Below, piece after piece: positions 26,289 through 31,340 of a stretch of 31,340 bases of DNA. Each line of letters opens with the position of its first letter. The first letter of the stretch is position 1. The position numbers were made by a program, and so were the translations under genes. Origin of the DNA: a virus (lineage: Duplodnaviria > Caudoviricetes); IMG/VR virus record IMGVR_UViG_3300031519_000136, positions 1-31,340 of that record; one strand, 5' to 3'. Under the pieces are notes generated by a model that saw only the letters and a list, made by a program, of their open reading frames with translations, had not been told where the DNA came from and made no database searches.

Positions 26289-27080
26289 ATGAGAAGAACT
26301 AGGAAAATAAGAAAGGTTGTTAAAGTTACTGTGCCAACTGAGACAACTGTTAATTCTAGTAGGATTAGTAGAGGTAAGATATCTAATCATAGTATAAAAA
26401 GAATAAAAAATGTACCTACTATACCTAGAGAAGATGGGAGCTATATTTCGAATAATAAAAACCCTAAATATGAGTACGGGAAAGTTAATGAAATATGGAC
26501 TGGAGAAACTATATACTTAATAGGTGGAGGTCCTTCATTAAAAAACTTTAAATGGAATTCTCTACAAGGTAAAAAAACTATAGCCATAAATAAAGCTATA
26601 AAATTTTATAATAATGCAGATGTAATGTATTGGACTGATGGTAGAGTATATACTTGGTTTGAAAAGGAGATTAATGAATTCAAAGGCTTAAAGTATACTA
26701 TTAGGGCAAGAAGTTATCCTAGTAACGTAACAATATTAAAAAAAGGTAAAAAGTATGGATTAGAACTTGCTAAGGATACTCTATCGCACGGTAATAATAG
26801 TGGATATGCAGCAATAAATTTAGCCATTCATTTAGGAGCTAAAAGAATTGTTCTTTTAGGCTATGATATGGGAAGAACTAATGAAGGCAGCCATTTTCAT
26901 GATGGCTATCCAGTTAATGCAACTGCTGATAAAATTTATAAAGAACAATTCTTACCAGGGTTTAGTATTTTAAAGAATGAATTAAAAGGAAAGGGCATAC
27001 AAATTTTTAATGCATGCCCTACAAGTAATTTAAAAGTATTTCCTATAATAACAATAGAAGAAGCTTTAGGCTTTAGATGA
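26289..27080 (+). CDS. Maf/DUF115 (MptE-like, sialyltransferase-fold) glycosyltransferase-like protein
   Basis: YLIGGGPSL, IAINKA, D.MYWTD, NSGYAAINLAIHLGAKRIVLLGYDM, HFH, IFNAC..S.L..F. The ATG at 26289 is preferred over the upstream TTG that overlaps gp44. Confidence 0.75.
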   Translation: MRRTRKIRKVVKVTVPTETTVNSSRISRGKISNHSIKRIKNVPTIPREDGSYISNNKNPKYEYGKVNEIWTGETIYLIGGGPSLKNFKWNSLQGKKTIAINKAIKFYNNADVMYWTDGRVYTWFEKEINEFKGLKYTIRARSYPSNVTILKKGKKYGLELAKDTLSHGNNSGYAAINLAIHLGAKRIVLLGYDMGRTNEGSHFHDGYPVNATADKIYKEQFLPGFSILKNELKGKGIQIFNACPTSNLKVFPIITIEEALGFR

Positions 27081-27557
27081 TCTTCTTATATAAGTCATAA
27101 ACTCTCTCTGTTCACCTTTTAAAAGAGATTTACAGTGTTTAATAAAATTAACAGATGAATTTATTATTCTTTTATCAACCCTTTTATTTGATGAGTTATG
27201 GGCCTCTGAGCACCTACTACATACAAAGTTTTCGATCTTTTTAGAATCCATTCTAGATTTTATTTCAACCTTACAGATACCACAATTCCAATCTATTAAA
27301 TCCGAGTCTTTTTCTAATTCTTTAATACTTGTAAAAGTTTCTCTGAAAGGATTCCAAAGTATACGGTTAGGATTCTTTTCATGTTCATTCATGTCCTCAA
27401 CTTTAAATATAACCTCAAAGGCATCTACATCAGAATCTAACCATTTCATATGATTATGTTCCAATAAAAGTTTTTTCTTTAAAGGAGGCAGATTCTCCAA
27501 TAGAATTCCATGCCTCCTTTTATACCATCCAAAATTAATTTTTCTTACACTATACAT
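27066..27557 (-). CDS. Hypothetical protein with C4 zinc-ribbon motif
   Basis: CGIC...CSRC. Confidence 0.7.
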   Translation of the reverse strand: MYSVRKINFGWYKRRHGILLENLPPLKKKLLLEHNHMKWLDSDVDAFEVIFKVEDMNEHEKNPNRILWNPFRETFTSIKELEKDSDLIDWNCGICKVEIKSRMDSKKIENFVCSRCSEAHNSSNKRVDKRIINSSVNFIKHCKSLLKGEQREFMTYIRRSSKA

Positions 27558-28632
27558 TATTCATTAATCTCCTAAACTTTTCAGAAACAGATTCTGGTAT
27601 GTATTTTTCAGATTCATTTTTTAATAACTTCTCTAAATTTTCTTCTGCCTTACTTAAAGCAGTTTGTAGCATTTCTACTTTATCTTTAGATGATTTATCC
27701 TTTTTATCTTTTAAATCTTCGATACCACCTTTGTATTCTTTAATTTTGTCTTTGATTTCTTTTACCTTTGGAGAATCCTCATCTGTTGGTTCGCCTTCTT
27801 TAGGTTCCTTTGGTTCGCCTTCTTTAGGTTCCTTTGGTTCGCCTTCTCCAAGTGCACTTATCTTTTTCGCTATTTCAGCAATGTCATCACCTAAACTTTT
27901 AAATGCTTCATCATTACCACCAAGCTTAGCTTTTTTCTGCTGTGCTTGTTTAACTGTAACCTCTGCTTGTAATTTAGCCTTTTCATCTTCTCCATCTTTT
28001 ACTTTATCGTATGCAGCTTCGGCTTTAGTAACCTCAGCCTCAACAGCTTCTTTAGCCTTTTTAGCCTTTTCTTTATCTAAAGCTTCCTTTTCAGCCTTCG
28101 CCGCCTGTTCTTTTTCTCCTGGTAATTCAACTTCATCGTTTTTGCCATCATCAGATTCATAGTCCTTTAATGCCTGTTGTGCATCAGCAGCTTGCATACT
28201 TAGTTTTTTAATTCTAATCTTAAGTTGTTTTGATTCTTCTCCATCTGCTGCCTTAAGTGCAATTTCTGCTGCTGCTAGGTTTGATTTTGTAGTTGCAACA
28301 GTTACAACCTTTTTAAGAGCATCCGTTGTAGCTAGATCTTGCATTCTTTGACTAATAGCAGTTGACTTATCTTTTAGTGCAGCATTTTTTGCAGCATTCG
28401 CGGCTTTGAGAACATCACCTTTACCTTCACCTTTTCCTGCGGCCTTTTTCTTTTCGTAATCTAAATTATTTAAAGCTACCTGGACTTTAGTCTGTTGATA
28501 CTTCTTAGCATTATTTTTAATCTTTTTATATTTAATAGGATTACTCATAATACCTGCAATATCAGTAATACCTTCATCTACACCTTTATTAGATTCAGCT
28601 ATAAATTGATTGTATGTTTTTAGGGTTTTCAT
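27550..28632 (-). CDS. Putative internal head protein (charged, coiled-coil) with capsid-targeting leader
   Basis: N-terminus MKTLKTYNQFIAES resembles the T4 IP leader MKTYQEFIAE; K/E/A-rich; late promoter; directly downstream of the capsid gene. Confidence 0.65.
   Translation of the reverse strand: MKTLKTYNQFIAESNKGVDEGITDIAGIMSNPIKYKKIKNNAKKYQQTKVQVALNNLDYEKKKAAGKGEGKGDVLKAANAAKNAALKDKSTAISQRMQDLATTDALKKVVTVATTKSNLAAAEIALKAADGEESKQLKIRIKKLSMQAADAQQALKDYESDDGKNDEVELPGEKEQAAKAEKEALDKEKAKKAKEAVEAEVTKAEAAYDKVKDGEDEKAKLQAEVTVKQAQQKKAKLGGNDEAFKSLGDDIAEIAKKISALGEGEPKEPKEGEPKEPKEGEPTDEDSPKVKEIKDKIKEYKGGIEDLKDKKDKSSKDKVEMLQTALSKAEENLEKLLKNESEKYIPESVSEKFRRLMNNV
27788..27846. repeat. 24-bp tandem repeat (about 2.5 copies) encoding (EGEPKEPK)n
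   Basis: GGTTCGCCTTCTTTAGGTTCCTTT twice, plus GGTTCGCCTTC. Confidence 0.9.
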
Positions 28633-28649
28633 ATCTAGTTATTGATTTT

Positions 28650-28660
28650 TTTATATATTC
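28650..28660 (-). promoter_or_regulatory. Putative late promoter GAATATATAAA
   Basis: Exact motif just after the capsid terminator. Confidence 0.65.
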
Positions 28661-28674
28661 AATTCATATAAGAC

Positions 28675-28705
28675 AAAAAAAGAGTCCGCCTTTCGACGAA
28701 CCCTT
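28675..28705 (-). terminator. Rho-independent terminator after the major capsid gene
   Basis: Minus strand GGGTTCGTC-GAAA-GGCGGACTC-TTTTTTT: 9-bp stem with G.U pairs, GNRA loop and U tract. Confidence 0.85.
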
Positions 28706-28732
28706 CTTATAAGTAATATAACTATTTACTAA

Positions 28733-30592
28733 TTACAGGATATTAACTCCAGCTGCGAAGTTGAATCCGATTGTGTAATACATAGTTTCTGGGTGGAATC
28801 CAGCGTCTACTAAAGCGAATCTAGATTTAACCGCGATTTTAGGAGCCATAGTTCCTTCTGCGATTGTTTCAACAGATTCAGCCATTAAGTAAGGCATGAA
28901 TACTAAACCAGGAGAATTTCCATCTCCTTTTCTACCTACTGCAATTCTATAGTCAGTCCAAGCCATGTTTGGATCAACATAAACAGTTACCCCAGCCAAA
29001 GAACCTATTGGATATAAAGATCCACCAGATTGATTGATTGTGTTAGATAAAGGATATGCAATAAATCCTGCAACATCTTGAAGTGCCGTAGCAATTTCTC
29101 CAGAAGTTACTGCGAATGTAGCAGGTCCTCTTCTTCCTCTTGTAGCAATTAAGTTAGAAGCAGCAAGAACTTTAGTATACAACCTACGTTGTAATGATCC
29201 TTGTGTTTCTCCACCTAGTCCTACTTGTGTTGGAACAGTAAGTACAGTTAATGCAACGTTAGAATTATTTCCAGCTCCTAGTGGAATTGCAACGTTAGCA
29301 GCACCTGCAGCAGTAGTATAAGCAGCAGATAAGTTTAAACCATCAACAGCTAATGTGTTAGTAGCGTTAGTAGCTCCATTTCTGAAGATTCTATCCAAGA
29401 TGTATTTGTTGATAGATTGAGTTAACTCATTTACCAATACAGCTTCTACTTGAGCAACAGCATCAATTCCGAATTGCTTCAGATCCTGAACTTGTTCTCT
29501 AGTTACAGCGGCAGCAACTTGGAAAGTTTGAGCAGCAATAGACTTATTGAATAAGCTTAGTCCCATAACGTTATCTGGTGTAGATTCACCAACACCTCTA
29601 AGATAAGGATCATTACCATTCGCATTCTCGGTTGCAAATCCAGGTCCACCAACAGTAGGGTTGTTAGTTGGCTGAAAAGCATTACCAGAGAAACCAGTAA
29701 TATGATCTTCTAGAGCTTTTACTAAACCTAACTGAGAACCACCAGCAGCAGTTGCAGTTACTTGAGCAACAGCGTTAGTACCAGCAATACCGAATCCTAC
29801 AATTGCAGCACCTAATGCAGGTCTTACACCACCAACTCTTGCTAAACCGTATAATCTTCCAGCTTGTATAATTGAATTGTAAATAGTCCCAGAAGCAGTT
29901 TCAGCACCCTGAGCATAATTGAATCCAGAGTTTCCTGCAGTTCCAGCAGCAGTATTAAGTGCTGTTGTATTTGCTCTTACTCTAAATATTTGTAATCCGT
30001 CTATTCTTGAAGCACCTACGTAAGTTAATTCGTAAGCAGCACCTACAGCCTGAGCTACAGTTGGAACAGCGATTGGATCTGCATAATAAACATCATTTAC
30101 TACAAAAGCAGATGCATCTGTATTAGCTACACTAAATTTAATTAGTAATGGAGCAGCAGTTGTATCTAAAGCGCCATTTAAAGGTGCCCCTGATCCTCTA
30201 CCTCCACCATATACAAAGTCTAGGTAAGTTAAAACTCCCATTGGGCCTTGCATTGGTACTACAGGTACTAAGTCTAAACCTACAGTCTGAGCTGCTACTT
30301 GCATTGCAAGCGGTAACAAAGAAAAAGGTCTGTCACCAGATCCTTGTACTTGTGCTGGGAAAGCATTCATTGCTCCAGGGTTTCCTGGTAATGTTGCATT
30401 ACCCATACTTTGAACATTCATGTTCGGGTTTAAGTGTACAGTATTATATACACTTTCATTAAGGTTATGGTAATGGCAATACTTAGACATCCAAGATAAC
30501 TTAGACTTTTCAGTAATTCCAGTAGCCTCCTCAATGATAGGGCCCCAAGTCTTTTGAACTTCAGCCTCATTGATTAATTGATTTGCGTACAT
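28733..30592 (-). CDS. gp23: Major capsid protein (gp23-like)
   Basis: W.P..E, DLVPVVPMQGPMG...YL, T.EQ.QDLK..GIDA, NE....IN..I, IA.RGRRG, G..VYVDP, VG.KG, G..FMPY, PKIAVKSRF. Confidence 0.93.
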   Translation of the reverse strand: MYANQLINEAEVQKTWGPIIEEATGITEKSKLSWMSKYCHYHNLNESVYNTVHLNPNMNVQSMGNATLPGNPGAMNAFPAQVQGSGDRPFSLLPLAMQVAAQTVGLDLVPVVPMQGPMGVLTYLDFVYGGGRGSGAPLNGALDTTAAPLLIKFSVANTDASAFVVNDVYYADPIAVPTVAQAVGAAYELTYVGASRIDGLQIFRVRANTTALNTAAGTAGNSGFNYAQGAETASGTIYNSIIQAGRLYGLARVGGVRPALGAAIVGFGIAGTNAVAQVTATAAGGSQLGLVKALEDHITGFSGNAFQPTNNPTVGGPGFATENANGNDPYLRGVGESTPDNVMGLSLFNKSIAAQTFQVAAAVTREQVQDLKQFGIDAVAQVEAVLVNELTQSINKYILDRIFRNGATNATNTLAVDGLNLSAAYTTAAGAANVAIPLGAGNNSNVALTVLTVPTQVGLGGETQGSLQRRLYTKVLAASNLIATRGRRGPATFAVTSGEIATALQDVAGFIAYPLSNTINQSGGSLYPIGSLAGVTVYVDPNMAWTDYRIAVGRKGDGNSPGLVFMPYLMAESVETIAEGTMAPKIAVKSRFALVDAGFHPETMYYTIGFNFAAGVNIL

Positions 30593-30701
30593 TTTTTAAA
30601 ATTTTTATTTTCGCATTTGTGGAATTTTTCAATTCCGTTTATTTAATCGCCTCGGTCCTTTTCTTCTTAACCATTCGATTAATATCTTTTAGATTAAATA
30701 A
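30593..30701 (-). promoter_or_regulatory. Structured intergenic leader of the major capsid gene
   Basis: Minus strand TTAATCG...GGTT...GACC...CGATTAA nested stem, then GGAATT-GAAA-AATTCC hairpin. Confidence 0.5.
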
Positions 30702-31340
30702 TTATCTACCTAATCTGAATTTCATTTTGTTTACCAAGTCATTTGCAAAAGATTCATTTACTAATGGTTCTTTTTTGTTTGCAGACTCAGCAGCAGTTCT
30801 GCTTTCATTAATAGATTCTGTTATCATCTGAGTACTTCTTAAGTCTCTTGTTGACCAGAAATTATTAATTCCATATTGACTTCCAACTGGATGGAACCTA
30901 GCTTCTGAAATAATTTGACTTTGTCTTGATTCAGAAAGGTTATTCCATTTTTCTTTGAATTTTTCTGGCATGTCCGAAATAACATCTAACCCTCTTTTCT
31001 TTTCAATAAAATTAGATTCCCAAATATTTTCAGCCTGTATAGTTGACATAATTGGTTTAGAATTCATTGATTCTACAATCATAGCTTGCTTCTCTATAGG
31101 TAAAGAATTAAATTGATTCTTTTTAGATTCTCCTAAGAAATTCATAAAGTGCATTTCAGAAAGATTTTTAGTTTCTGCCTTAGAGATTAATGTAGCTAAT
31201 TTTTCACTGATGCTATCTTTATAAGATTTAGATTCTTTTACCATTTCAACAAATACAGAATCACCATCACCTATCATTACTTTACCATACATATCAGTAT
31301 CATAAACAGTATACATAAATTCAGGATTTGATTTACTTCC
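30702..31340 (-). CDS. Prohead core/scaffold protein (gp22-like), C-terminal part; 5' end outside the window
   Basis: The frame stays open to the window edge (GSKSNPEF-MYTV...). Many [LIV]-x-E-S sites (LGES, IVES, LSES, ITES, INES, VNES) match prohead protease cleavage sites; directly upstream of the capsid gene. Confidence 0.6.
   Translation of the reverse strand, partial: GSKSNPEFMYTVYDTDMYGKVMIGDGDSVFVEMVKESKSYKDSISEKLATLISKAETKNLSEMHFMNFLGESKKNQFNSLPIEKQAMIVESMNSKPIMSTIQAENIWESNFIEKKRGLDVISDMPEKFKEKWNNLSESRQSQIISEARFHPVGSQYGINNFWSTRDLRSTQMITESINESRTAAESANKKEPLVNESFANDLVNKMKFRLGR

Noticed and set aside
27788-27846. CRISPR-like array
   Set aside because: The repeats are directly adjacent with no spacers and are in frame within a coding sequence.
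668-30831. Plus-strand ORFs in the track (e.g. 668..961, 5509..5997, 10244..11008, 11231..11767, 27599..28162) and nested minus-strand ORFs 1505..1735 and 24167..24379
   Set aside because: They are antisense or out-of-frame shadows of well-supported genes and show no recognisable motifs.
1-31340. Stop-codon reassignment (TAG or TGA recoding) as seen in some large phages
   Set aside because: Core genes are full length in code 11, and TAG (7922, 20310) and TGA (3204, 25253) act as ordinary stops.
1-31340. tRNA, rRNA, integrase or transposase genes
   Set aside because: Intergenic gaps are short and AT-rich with no cloverleaf-like sequence, and no recombinase motifs were recognised (manual inspection only).

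Overview
This is a 31.3 kb, AT-rich, gene-dense segment of a large T4-like myovirus (probably a jumbo phage), coded almost entirely on the minus strand in the standard genetic code. A Bacteroidota host is inferred from the A-rich leaders without Shine-Dalgarno sequences and from Bacteroidota-like promoters. In transcription order (right to left) it encodes: a prohead scaffold (partial), major capsid protein, an internal head protein, a lone plus-strand Maf/DUF115-like glycosyltransferase-fold gene, clamp loader, RNase H, a holin-like membrane protein, neck protein, TerS, GroES, TerL, tail sheath, tail tube, a degenerate GIY-YIG/RHH protein, hub or tail chaperone ORFs, tape measure, a DnaQ-like exonuclease, small early genes, type II topoisomerase, a KTSC protein, guanylate kinase, a dNMP kinase, a thymidylate-synthase-family enzyme and a partial ATP-grasp ligase. 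The most notable points are: (1) a dCMP-type (gp42-like) hydroxymethylase with kinases, suggesting modified cytosine; (2) a RimK-like ATP-grasp enzyme carrying a T4-type capsid-targeting leader and a late promoter, suggesting a virion-packaged, injected ligase; (3) three readable promoter classes; (4) a possible +1/-2 frameshift upstream of the tape measure gene; (5) a structured capsid mRNA leader. All calls come from manual motif recognition; no searches were run.
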